Shown: piece after piece, positions 50,501 through 61,866 of the stretch
Layout of the letters: every line of letters begins with the position of its first letter
How positions within the stretch are numbered: position 1 is the stretch's first letter
Assembly: GCA_965203295.1 (NCBI GenBank)
Contig: CBDBCZ010000013.1
Span: 320,001 to 384,000 of the forward strand
DNA length: 64,000 bases
From: Nitrospirales bacterium
GTDB taxonomy: Bacteria > Nitrospirota > Nitrospiria > Nitrospirales > UBA8639
Direction of reading: 5' to 3'
The notes under the pieces: model-generated
What the model saw: only the letters and a program-made list of their open reading frames with translations
Told to the model about the DNA's origin: nothing
The model's database searches: none
Made by a program: the position numbers and the translations under genes

Positions 50501-51135
50501 GCTACAGATGTCACCCAAGTCCCACTTCAGTTTCTCTGAACCGAGCCAGCTCGCTAAACTAAGACTATGAGATGTGGGAGGCTGCAATGACAGAGGGTGG
50601 GATCAGGACACACACAGCCAGACTGCACCGGTCACCTACACTGTACAATTAGAAGCAGTAGTTTCTTTTCATTTTTTACGACTCATTTTAGCAAAGCAAC
50701 CCTCCATACTGATGGAGTTGATCCCTGCAAGCGCAGTTTGTACCATGCAATCTGTAAATATATTTCTCTCACTAGCAGCTATATAGTCATTGTTGATTTT
50801 TTGCTGTTGTGTGTGTTTTATGTGATGTTCTTGTATATCATGCACTGAAGCACAGGTATTCAAATTTTGCGCCACACTTAATCAGACTTCCCATACTGAT
50901 ACGTTGTTAAATACCTACACATAAAACACTTGTCCCAACAGGTGTCCTCAACACTAGAATGAAAGAGGAGGCCCCTAGTGTTACTGTGGTGATATGGGCT
51001 TCCCAACCCGAACCTTTTAGTGTGACTTTAGATGATAGGGCTAGGAGAATACAGTCGGGGAATGTGAGGCGGATAACTAGAATGAAAGAGGAGGCCCCTA
51101 GTGTTACTGTGGTGATATGGGTTTCCCAACCCAAA

Positions 51136-52354
51136 TTTCCCCATCATTTCCCAGACTAAAACACCATGAAGGAGAAAACTATAATGACTAGGGTTACCCC
51201 TTTACCACGGCATTTCCCCATCATTTCCCAGACTAAAACACCATAAAGGAGAAAACTATAATGACTAGGGTTACCCCTTTACCACTGCATTTCCCCATCA
51301 TTTCCCAGACTAAAACACCATGAAGGAGAAAACCGTAATTACTAGGGTTACCCCTTTACCACTGCATTTCCCCATCATTTCCCAGACTAAAACACCATGA
51401 AGGAGAAAACCGTAATTACTAGGGTTACCCCTTTACCACTGCATTTCCCCATCATTTCCCAGACTAAAACACCATGAAGGAGAAAACTATAATGACTAGG
51501 GTTACCCCTTTACCACTGCATTTCCCCATCATTTCCCAGACTAAAACACCATGAAGGAGAAAACTATAATGACTAGGGTTACCCCTTTACCACGGCATTT
51601 CCCCATCATTTCCCAGACTAAAACACCATGAAGGAGAAAACCGTAATTACTAGGGTTGCCCCTTTACTACAGCATTTCCCCATCATTTCCCAGACTAAAA
51701 CACCATGAAGGAGAAAACTATAATGACTAGGGTTACCCCTTTACCACTGCATTTCCCCATCATTTCCCAGACTAAAACACCATGAAGGAGAAAACTATAA
51801 TGACTAGGGTTACCCCTTTACCACTGCATTTCCCCATCATTTCCCAGACTAAAACACCATGAAGGAGAAAACCGTAATTACTAGGGTTGCCCCTTTACTA
51901 CAGCATTTCCCCATCATTTCCCAGACTAAAACACCATGAAGGAGAAAACTATAATGACTAGGGTTACCCCTTTACCACTGCATTTCCCCATCATTTCCCA
52001 GACTAAAACACCATGAAGGAGAAAACCGTAATTACTAGGGTTACCCCTTTACCACTGCATTTCCCCATCATTTCCCAGACTAAAACACCATGGAGAAAAC
52101 CGTAATTACTAGGGTTGCCCCTTTACTACAGCATTTCCCCATCATTTCCCAGACTAAAACACCATAAAGGAGAAAACCGTAATTACTAGGGTTACCCCTT
52201 TACCACTGCATTTCCCCATCATTTCCCAGACTAAAACACCATGAAGGAGAAAACCGTAATTACTAGGGTTACCCCTTTACCACTGCATTTCCCCATCATT
52301 TCCCAGACTAAAACACCATGAAGGAGAAAACCGTAATTACTAGGGTTGCCCCTT
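51136..52354. repeat. 77-bp tandem repeat, ~16 copies (right arm)
   Basis: TTCCCCATCATTTCCCAGACTAAAACACCATGAAGGAGAAAA... recurs every 77 bp. Confidence 0.95.
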
Positions 52355-52669
52355 AATCAAATTGATGCACTGCATTTCACCATTATTTTCCAAACATGAG
52401 CACCATGATTGGGAAAACCACAATAACTATCATGGTGAACACTTCGGGTGTTTAAAAACCCCATGATTGCCTATGATGTCCCTACCTTGCAAACCTCGTG
52501 ATTTAGCAATCACTGTGATTTCTTCATGATTTCCCACTCTTGCTGATAGTTAGCAACAAGTCTACTACAGCAGCACAAAAAACCCATAACTATAGGTCGG
52601 GAATTCCAGGGAATTCCAGGGGAAAATTATATCACTATGATAGGTTTGGAACAAATTTTTCCTGTGATA

Positions 52670-55660
52670 TTTGGTGAATACAATACAAAAAATGAACTTA
52701 AGGTTGCAGCTGGCTTGACAATAATTTTTTATAACATTTCCCTGAATATTAGCAATGTCACTGTATATGGCAGTAGTATTAGGATTTGCTACAGTAGCAA
52801 TGTGTTCTTGTCTACACAAGAGGATGTTAATGTAACAGTTAACATTGACAAATTGAACTCTAGCTATTCAATTGGAGCAACGGTTATGGATATACATGGA
52901 GCACCTGCAAATTGTTTCTGTAATATTGCGATAACAGAAAGTGTTTTTAAACACAATAATCATGACTCAGGAGTAAATGTGATTGGTGGACAAACATGCA
53001 CTCTCACACTAGAGAATATCACCTTTCACAATAATTCTATGGCTCTATGGGCTGTAGCTATAACTACAATAGTAAAAAATGTAAATTTTACATATAACAC
53101 TGCCAATGATTTCACATTATTTGGACCAATTGTCATATCTAGGTGTAACGTAACAGTAAAGGGAAATACCATATTTTTTGAAAACAGAGGATCTACAGCT
53201 GCTGTAGTTATAAGCAACAGTTATGTTGTATTTGAAGGAAACACTACATTTCAGAAAAACAGAGGAGAAATAGCTGGTGCAATACATGTTGAAGAATCAC
53301 AACTTCACTTTCAAGACAACATGCAATTTGTGGAAAATGTTGGGTATGATGGTGGAGCTATAGCATTCCATGAGAATACGCACGACGTAAATTATTTCCT
53401 GACTATAGCTCATAATTTGAGAGCTAATTTCACAAGAAACCATGCTAGGCACTATGGAGGTGCAATTTATGTGGGCAAGACCTCTATGCAACCACGAACA
53501 AAATGTTTCTATAAACCTGAATATCCTCTGAGTCTACAAACTAGTTTTATGGTTTTTACAAACAATACCAGTGAAATTGCAGGAAGTGCAATATATGGTG
53601 GATGGGTACAGCGATGTTACATTCAAAAATATCAATATCTTGATGTGCACTATACATTTATAAATGGAAATTGGTTTTTCAATAGAACATTTCAAATATC
53701 AACAGTCAGTTCAGATCTCTCTCCAGTATCCTCTGAACCAGTTCGTATTTGCTTATGCTATAACTCTAAGCCTGACTGCAACATTACTCACCACAGTGTC
53801 AAAGCCTATCCTGGAGAGATGTTCAAAATCTCTGCAATAGGTGTTGGTCAAATGTATGGTACAGTGCCTTCTACAGTTCATGCCCAAGTGCGTCATACAA
53901 TTGCACCCATTTCATCAAGACTTGACAGTTGGCAGGATGTACAGACACTTCCACAATTTTGCACTGACTTAAGTTACACAGTAAAATCACCTAACAGTGC
54001 TGAATATTTTAAGCTGATAGTCGAGTCAGATATGAAGGAGAAATTGTTGTCAGAATCTATTATTTACCCAGATAAAAGTTTTAATACTAATCTATTTGCT
54101 GATATAGCTGTACATGTAGAGCTGAGACCGTGCCCTCTGGGGTTCAAGATGGATAAAGCAGTCTGTTCCTGCCACCCACAGCTTCAAGCTCTTCGAATCC
54201 AGTGCCATATCGCAATTGGAAAAATTCACAGAGACGCAAAATTTTGGATAAATGCAACATTTTATAGAGGATTACCAGTTGGCATTTTAGTGCACCAGAA
54301 CTGTCCATTTGACTACTGCAAGCCCTACAGTTTAAACCTGAGTCTAGAAAACCCAGATGAGCAGTGTGCCTTCCATCGCTCTGGGATTCTCTGTGGGGCA
54401 TGCCAAAACAGCCTCAGTCATGTATTGGGATCGTCTAGCTGCAAACGGTGCTCGAATCTCTGGTTGATTCTGTTCATCCCTGTGATTGCAATTGCTGGCA
54501 TTGCCTTAGTGGTCTTCCTAATGCTTCTCAACCTCACAGTATCTGTAGGAACTGTCAATGGTCTGATCTTCTATGCCAACATAGTCAGGTCAAACCAGGC
54601 GGCTTTCTTCCCACAAAACACTGACAAATCTTTTCTTGGTTGGTTTATTGCCTGGATGAATCTTGACCTGGGATTTGAAGCATGCTTCTGCAATGGTTTG
54701 GATGCCTACACAAAGACATGGCTTCAGTTTGTCTTCCCAATGTATATCTGGTTAATTGTCATCGTAATCATTGTTTCCAGTCATTATTATACAACTCCAG
54801 CAAAAATTGCAAGCAAGAATGCAGTACAAGTCTTAGCAACATTATTTCTCCTCTCCTATGCTAAATTATTGAGACTGACTATCACCATCTTTTCATTTAC
54901 TACCCTGGAAAATGGTGGATTCATTGGAAGAGTCTGGCTTTATGATGGAAATGTGGACTACCTTAAAGGAAAACACATTCCACTATTCATGGCTGCTCTG
55001 CTGGTACTTCTGGTCCTCTCCCTACCCTACACAACCCTGCTCTTGTTTATTCAGTACCTTCAACTGAAATCAAAACACAGAGCCTTGTTTTGGGTTGGGA
55101 AATTCAAGCCTCTTTTTGATTCATACACAGGTCCTTATAAGGACAAACACCGCTACTGGACTGGACTTCTACTGCTAGTTCGTGTTATGCTATTCCTGAT
55201 CTTCTCAGTCAATGTGTTTGGAGACCCTGCAATTAACATGCTTACTATTGCCGCCGCAATGTTCTTACTGTTTTCTTATGTTGCAGGTACAAATCATGTA
55301 TATAAGGCCAAGCATTTAAACGTGCTTGAATACTCCTTTTTTCTCAACCTAGGTATTACTTCCACAGCATCACTATACACCTCCCGTACCACAAACAATC
55401 AGACTGCTGTAATCTACACATCGGTAGGTATAAGCTTTGTTACATTCTGTGTCATTGTCCTTTATCACATTGTGATCACAATCAAATCACACTGTCACTG
55501 GGTAACCACAAGAATAAATAGGAGCATTTACCAGCAGCAACGAAATCAGAATCAAGAAACAGATCAGTCAAATCACACTACTCATCCACAAAGCAATCCA
55601 CAGGTGCCCATAACCTTCATTGAATTACGTGAACCACTGTTGGAATACTGTGACAGATGA
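52670..55660 (+). CDS. C-terminal ~996 aa of the Pmp-repeat, Cys-rich, multi-pass (GPCR-like) membrane protein
   Basis: Repeated FxxN...(G/A)GAI motifs (FQKNRGEIAGAI, FVENVGYDGGAI, FTRNHARHYGGAI), CPxGF and CPFDYC...QCAFHRSGILCGAC Cys module, many hydrophobic helices, C-terminal LREPLL; no stops. Confidence 0.9.
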   Translation, partial: FGEYNTKNELKVAAGLTIIFYNISLNISNVTVYGSSIRICYSSNVFLSTQEDVNVTVNIDKLNSSYSIGATVMDIHGAPANCFCNIAITESVFKHNNHDSGVNVIGGQTCTLTLENITFHNNSMALWAVAITTIVKNVNFTYNTANDFTLFGPIVISRCNVTVKGNTIFFENRGSTAAVVISNSYVVFEGNTTFQKNRGEIAGAIHVEESQLHFQDNMQFVENVGYDGGAIAFHENTHDVNYFLTIAHNLRANFTRNHARHYGGAIYVGKTSMQPRTKCFYKPEYPLSLQTSFMVFTNNTSEIAGSAIYGGWVQRCYIQKYQYLDVHYTFINGNWFFNRTFQISTVSSDLSPVSSEPVRICLCYNSKPDCNITHHSVKAYPGEMFKISAIGVGQMYGTVPSTVHAQVRHTIAPISSRLDSWQDVQTLPQFCTDLSYTVKSPNSAEYFKLIVESDMKEKLLSESIIYPDKSFNTNLFADIAVHVELRPCPLGFKMDKAVCSCHPQLQALRIQCHIAIGKIHRDAKFWINATFYRGLPVGILVHQNCPFDYCKPYSLNLSLENPDEQCAFHRSGILCGACQNSLSHVLGSSSCKRCSNLWLILFIPVIAIAGIALVVFLMLLNLTVSVGTVNGLIFYANIVRSNQAAFFPQNTDKSFLGWFIAWMNLDLGFEACFCNGLDAYTKTWLQFVFPMYIWLIVIVIIVSSHYYTTPAKIASKNAVQVLATLFLLSYAKLLRLTITIFSFTTLENGGFIGRVWLYDGNVDYLKGKHIPLFMAALLVLLVLSLPYTTLLLFIQYLQLKSKHRALFWVGKFKPLFDSYTGPYKDKHRYWTGLLLLVRVMLFLIFSVNVFGDPAINMLTIAAAMFLLFSYVAGTNHVYKAKHLNVLEYSFFLNLGITSTASLYTSRTTNNQTAVIYTSVGISFVTFCVIVLYHIVITIKSHCHWVTTRINRSIYQQQRNQNQETDQSNHTTHPQSNPQVPITFIELREPLLEYCDR

Positions 55661-55971
55661 TCCGTATCTCAAGCAATCAAAGTAGCAACTATTCGTGTAC
55701 TACATTTGCATATAGGTGTCTTTCTCACCGGATTATACATCCCCTTTTCTGCTTGATTGCCTTATTTACAATTGGCTGTTTGATTTTCTACTTGATATTA
55801 TTTTTATACAAATTGTATCAAAACATTAGATAATGTGTAGCCTGAGAAATTGCCGAGCTGCTTGGTGCAGTAATTAGCACGTAAAAAAAAACTAGTGCAC
55901 GGGCAGTGTTGCAGCGTTTTACGGTCGTGACGTCACAAGCAAAGCACTCGATCTAGTCGCCCTATTAAAGA

Positions 55972-56128
55972 ATGGGGTGTGTGGTAAGTATTTTTCGAAT
56001 TTGCTTTGAAACTGGCGCTGGTATTGTCAGATGGGTCTTTTACACGGTTCCGGTTGGTTTATTGAGATGGGCACGGATCTCGTATAGAGGATCTGTGAGA
56101 CGCTCATTAGTGCACACGCGCACGGACG
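55972..56128 (+). CDS. FN3-ART protein, exon 1 (MGCVVS acylation-type N-terminus)
   Basis: ATG ORF up to a phase-1 GTGAGT donor at 56129, compatible with exon 2. Confidence 0.6.
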
Positions 56129-56217
56129 GTGAGTTTGAGCGACTTACGATTTACCATGGTCCACATTCTGATTATAGCGTTAATACTGCATATTCCTATT
56201 TTTGTATGTACATGTAG

Positions 56218-56547
56218 CTGAATCCACCAATAGCTCACTTACAGACATTGAGGTTGAACAACTATCGGCAACTGCCGATTCAGAACATGCCACAGTCACA
56301 GTTACTTGGCAGCCTCCACTTGCCGTACCTACTAGACTTGTTGCTCACTATGAACTCTGCTTCCGACCGGTGCGCAGTGAGTCCGATCAGCAGACTCTAC
56401 GAACTGATGTTGGTGCTGGAGGAAGCTTGTCGATTGTTATTGCAAGAGAAAATGGACTGAAGCCTCTGAAGGAATACGTATTTGGTGTCAGAGCTGTCTT
56501 TAGGAGTGGAGCAGTGGGAAAATGGAGTTGGTTAACTTGCTTTGTTG
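56218..56547 (+). CDS. FN3-ART protein, exon 2 (fibronectin type III domain)
   Basis: VTVTWQPP...YEL...GLKPLKEYVFGVRA...GKWS FN3 pattern; TAG acceptor, GTATGT donor, phase 1-1. Confidence 0.8.
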
Positions 56548-59500
56548 GTATGTTTTGTGATATCAATCATTGTACAAACATTGATAACATATTTCTGCTC
56601 TGCTCATGTCCTACTTGAAGAATGGCAATGTCAACAGCCCTATTGTAGAGAGAATCGGTTGGAGAATCCCAATGGTGACATACATCATTTCTGCAGAGCA
56701 CACTGTAATGGTTAGTCACTATAGTGGCTAGTTACTACGTAACTGTACTCCCAGCTACATTTGTATAGATAAATTGATATATAGATACTTCATGACTCCC
56801 ACTGCAGCAGGTTCACAGACTACCTATATACACATCACAGCCCAATGCATTACAGACGGTAGCTACAAATCACAGTGCAGTGCGTTTACGGAGACCAACC
56901 TGGGTAAGGAGATGTAGGGAGGATGGTCTCCGTAAACACACTGCGCCGTGATTTGTAGCTACTCTGTAATGCATTGGGCTGTGATGTGTAGGTATATATA
57001 GTCTGTGAGCCTGTTGCAGTGGGAGTTATAGCTTGTTCCCTTTGTTTTTGTGGAAGTGCAGCCGTACATGAATGGTTATTACACTTTTTAGTTAAGTGCT
57101 TTTTCACGGTAACTTGTTTTGGGTGTTTTTTAGGGGGAGGGGTGTGACAGTAGAGCCTGGCTACAAGGACACAGTTATTTTTCAACAGCACCTCTGACTT
57201 GTGCCAACCAAACATACGTAATCAGCAAATGTGAGTAGCTAAGTGTAGCTATTCATTTTTATAGCTACAGCATGTACAGTTCGTGTAACTTACATGCCAA
57301 GCAGCCTGCATTGGCCTGCACGATGAAAGGTAGGCATCAAATAGACGAACATGTGGTGGCAGGCAGTCTGCGCATGCGTATCCTTACCAACAATTGTGTG
57401 TGAATGACAAGCATTCAATCGAGAGTGCTCGTTATCACTGCTGAACTAATTCCAGTTCTTTGAGGACGCTAGCTATGCCCGAAAGGCACTACCCGAGGGT
57501 TGATCATGCCCGTTCGTGTTGCATGTTGGAATCTTTGTAATCGCTTCGCCCATTATTGTGCTAGCCTGGCTGAACTAAAAAGGACGAGATAGACGAATCT
57601 GCAGTTAACCACTTGCCGCTTTGGTACTTTAGAGATATTCTTCAACAGAGTTAACAGACTGGTTGGTGATGACAGCGCTCGAGAATAACTGGTAGGGCTC
57701 ATATTAGCTCTAGACTACGCCTACAGCAGAGTTTTGAACATGTCATTTAATACACAGCTAATGGAGACGCCATTTTTTTGGTGCCATCCCTACATATGGA
57801 GTACTACCGTACTCCATGATTGTAGTACTCCATGATTCATATACTAAAGTACGCCTCCACATGTGTTTATGAGCCTCAACATGTAAGCAGTCATAATGAC
57901 TAAACATACTGTGAATATGTCAAGTGATGTTTTTGTTCAATGCTGTAGTTATTCTTTCTTGGGGTATAGCGTTCATCATAAGCTAAGCAAAATTCCCCCA
58001 TGCATATATAGATGGGGTGAGCCTGCATGAGCAACCCTCACGTAAAGCTGTTGTCAAGTTTATGTCTGTTGTAGCTGGTACACTACAAAAACTTTAGGGT
58101 TGTTGATTAAGCTGGGTTGCCTCAGATGCAATTTAGGGGTGATGCACCTCCTGGTCCAACTTGACCATATAAAGGCGCAGCCATGCACGGTGGTAGCATG
58201 CAATAACACGTGAATATTGGTGGAATGCTGGGTATGCAATAACACATGAATATTGGTTCAGTTCCCCCCTTATGTGCATGGCAGGAGCATGCATGCAGTA
58301 ACACGTGAATTCATACTGGTGGAACTCAGCCTCTAATCTGCATGGCATGAGCATGCAGTAACAAATGTTGCATACTCAAGCCATGCAGATAAGGGGCAGA
58401 ACTGAACCAATATATTATAGTCATGTGTTAATTCATACCCAGAATTCACGTAAACATTGGTGGAGTTCTGCTCCTTATCTGAGCATGCAATAACAGCAAC
58501 TACATGCGATGCGATTACAGCTGGGTTCATGCATATAGCGGGCAATATTAGGTCATGCAAAAGACAACAGCTTGCACAACTGCAACTGAAGTAACCTAAT
58601 CAAGATTGAATTAGCCGTCCTTTTTGCAGTGTAGTATATTGTGTTGGAGTTGAAAATGTGCATGAGGAGAGATGTGATAGAGAGACAGTCGAGACCTCTA
58701 TGACGTTGCTGTCTTGAATGTGGAATGATAGCCTCGTTCACAGGCCACCCAAGTTGTAGACTTGCGTTGCCTGGAAATGAGGCTAGTAGAGTGATCATTC
58801 AGCGAATCTAGAGCAGTATAATTATACTACACAAAGGTTTTATAAGGTGATCGCATCTGGTGAGAAAAGCATCATTCCCAAGTACTGCCATTGACAGAGC
58901 CACTGCATGCTGATTTAGAAGCAGTTTGTAGCAGATTGACAGACAATCAAGCCATGCCATCCAGAGAGGGATGTATTATATGACCGGAATGTCTACTTTC
59001 CCCATTGAGCTTCGCAAACTATGCCCTGCATGCATACGCATTCGGGATGAGGCCCATTGTCACTGTCTTGTAAACTTGGCCATGTACTTTATGAAATTGT
59101 ATAAGAAAGAATGGACAAGCTTCTTCATTTGCTAGATCTACAACCAGAGGATACAGAGTTCTTCGATTGAATGGCTATAGTATACCATGTACACAAAGAG
59201 GAATGCTACCTTCCGTGGCTAAAAGATTCTCTTACTTAACATATCTCTTCTCCGTGCCTTTTTCCATACATTAACGCCTGCAATTACTGAGTATGTCATT
59301 TTGGTCGCCCCTCTCTAAAGCCAAGCAGCTAGACTGCGGCAAGAACTGCTGCAGATATAAATTGTCAGCAAGCTAAAGGCCATGATGAAAAGCTGTCACA
59401 ATGTTGTGTTTATTCTTCTATCATGTCGAAAGCACACAAGGTAAGCTTTTTTCTTCATAGCTCAAGCTGAGAGGCTCACTGTGTATAGGCCAGCGCAGGT

Positions 59501-60038
59501 AATAGGCCTACAGCTATACCTCAGATTTTGCCATGCATGGCAATGGAAGTAGTGGCTGCAAGTTAATATCTTGCCGAGACTGAAGTCTGGGAAGATATAT
59601 GTATACCATGCAGAACAGTAATGTCTGAGTGCCCACGGATAGCACAAGAGATTAGGTTTGATTAGGCCTCTTCTGAAGTGAGTGTGAGGTATGCAGAGCA
59701 GGTCCCTGCTATACACATCTCCATTTCATCTCACTGAACTGAAACTAACCAAACTATGCCTTATTCTTATTTAGATTGGGCAACACGTACCATGTCCAGG
59801 TCATACAATGAAGGAGAGTGGCATAGGGAAACAACAAGACACATAGGTACATTTGTAAAATACACCAGTAATGACACCACTAATTACAACAAGTCAGGGT
59901 ATACACAGATTTTCTGAAGGAAAGTGGTAGGTGCATGAACAAAGTAAAGAAAGAACAAAATACAAAGCAAGAACACCCTCTCCTTTCCTCAGTTACTTCG
60001 GTGTTCATTGTGTGTGCACCTATTTTTGCTATACATGG

Positions 60039-60507
60039 CAGGGCCATAGCCACCAGATTCGTAATGGTTCACGTGCCCACGTATTAAACTGCACAAAGTG
60101 CACCAACTATTATATAATGGGGGCATGCCCCCCAGGAAAATTTGGGATTTCAGTCCTCATTTCTGATGCAACGTTTGTGGTAAAAAGCAAGGGTTAGATG
60201 ACCTGCTGCAGAATGCAGTTATAGTGCTTGATGTAGAATTCTTGCTCTCAGGGCACTCATAAATTGGAAGAAGGCATGGGTCTGCAATAAGACGTGAACT
60301 CGCAAAGCACGCGCTGTCAAAGCAATGGTTTGACTTGCAAAAGATCTTGGGAAAAGCAAAGCCCATAAGATGATAGGGCCTGTCTGGTAGACTCTGATGA
60401 GATGTTTCTTTAAAAATACTCGTACCAAGGCGCCGCATACGTGACTTAGTGACCCGGATAGTGGTCCGGTTGAAACGGGACCAACTGTACTGGTGGCTAA
60501 GGCACTG
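60039..60507. mobile_element. hAT-like MITE in intron 2 of the FN3-ART gene; truncated relative at ~33230-33622
   Basis: CAGGGCCATAGCCACCAG...CTGGTGGCTAAGGCACTG, flanked by CATGG on both sides. Confidence 0.65.
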
Positions 60508-61015
60508 CATGGCCTGCTGCCTAAATCGGTGTGTCCCCTAAAATATTATTGTAAGTGTCCATAGATGCATCACACAACTTAATGATAACAGAATGCATTG
60601 ATACAGATCATTCCTGCAAGCTTCCAGACTGCACGAACAACAGAATAGAATTAACAGAATTCTGTTGCAGAAAACATTCAAGGGAATATGGTACGTAAGA
60701 GCTTCTTCTACACTAGTACAATTGTAATATTATGGTCGGTGCATGCAGATGTATATTTTCACTGCCGATTTATTCATCCATACAGCTGCCCAATACTGTC
60801 TATTTCCAAGATGTATAAAAAGAACACAGAATGATTTTTGTAAGAGCCATGAACAGCAAGCTATCCAAACAAGTAAGTGTTCATAACTATACTGAACTAC
60901 CATCTCAGGTATAATTTCCATTCCTGAAATACGTGAGTGTTGATTAAATACCAAATTGAAGTCTGCACACTTCAGTGTTACAGTAACGTGCATGAAAGTT
61001 ATACAATTATAATAC

Positions 61016-61111
61016 TAGCCTCGTACTCAGACCTTCCCTCACAGCTTTTTTGCAGCCATTTTTTCCACGTCTGCGAAAAAGGCTGTGAAGGAAGTCCTGG
61101 GTACGAGGCTA
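61016..61111. mobile_element. AcademH-like palindromic MITE
   Basis: TAGCCTCGTAC...GTACGAGGCTA; TSD imperfect. Confidence 0.6.
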
Positions 61112-61267
61112 CAATTATACATGTAGGGGTTAAAATTAATGTGTTTGTTGAACATTAATTGCCCTATATAGTTTTGCAAGTGTCTCTATGTCCCTGAAAC
61201 TAGTCTCGTATAATATTACATTGAGTATACTCAGTAGTCGAATATTTCCCAATACCCACACATGCAG

Positions 61268-61866
61268 GGTTTTCAACTGTGGTGGATATTGATCCAGACT
61301 CCAAGGTTTTTAAAGCTTTATATAAGCAATTTTGCAAGGACTGGGCACCAGCTAAGGGCCCTTGCCCTGACATTGGGGTGATCCTGCGAGTTGTCAACCC
61401 GGCTGTTTCACAGATGTTTCAAAGATACAGAAAAGACCTTCGCATGTTTCGCCGTGGCGTTGAGCAATATTATCACGGAACAAAGTTGAAATGTAGAATC
61501 AATGAAACATTGACATTCTGTTGCAATACTGATTGTGGAGTGTGCGGTATTACCAAGTGTGGGTTTGACCGCCAAAAGATTGCAGGCAGGTCATTTCAGA
61601 GATTCGGAAACGGTTTTTATTGTGCACCTAATTCTTCAAAATCGCATGATTATACAAAAGGACCAATACATGGTATGTTTCTATGCAATGTGGCTCCCGG
61701 GAAAAAGTACAAATCTAATTACGATGCCAGGGGCTTGCAGGAACCGCCAGAAGGCTGCGACTCTGTGCTTGGGAAGCATTCACGCAAGGGTTCCTTGAAC
61801 TATGATGAAATTGTAGTTTATGATCCTCCTGCAATATGTCCATGTTATATATTTTTGTATGCGTAG
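61268..61866 (+). CDS. PARP-like ADP-ribosyltransferase domain, terminal exon
   Basis: YYHGT, C-x3-C-x2-C-G-I, RFGNGFYCAPNSSKSHDY, MFLCNVAPG, LNYDEIVVY; CAG acceptor in phase 1. Confidence 0.88.

Larger units (their letters stand above)
47774..52666. mobile_element. 4.9-kb CACTA/EnSpm(CMC)-like non-autonomous foldback element
   Basis: CACAGG...CCTGTG termini, 3-bp TSD ATA, long inverted subterminal tandem arrays, no transposase seen. Confidence 0.85.

Noticed and set aside
50267..50587. EGGR / Pro-Ser-Leu repeat ORFs
   Set aside because: Translations of the CT microsatellite.
52637..55660. Bacterial (Chlamydia Pmp) contamination or recent HGT
   Set aside because: GGAI/FxxN repeats are fused to Cys-rich and multi-TM modules with no autotransporter barrel, and the gene is embedded among spliceosomal genes and eukaryotic TEs.
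55972..55989. 12-nt first exon MGCV using the strong GTAAGT donor at 55984
   Set aside because: Phase 0 is incompatible with the phase-1 FN3 exon; the 56129 donor fits. It could still be a non-productive alternative donor.
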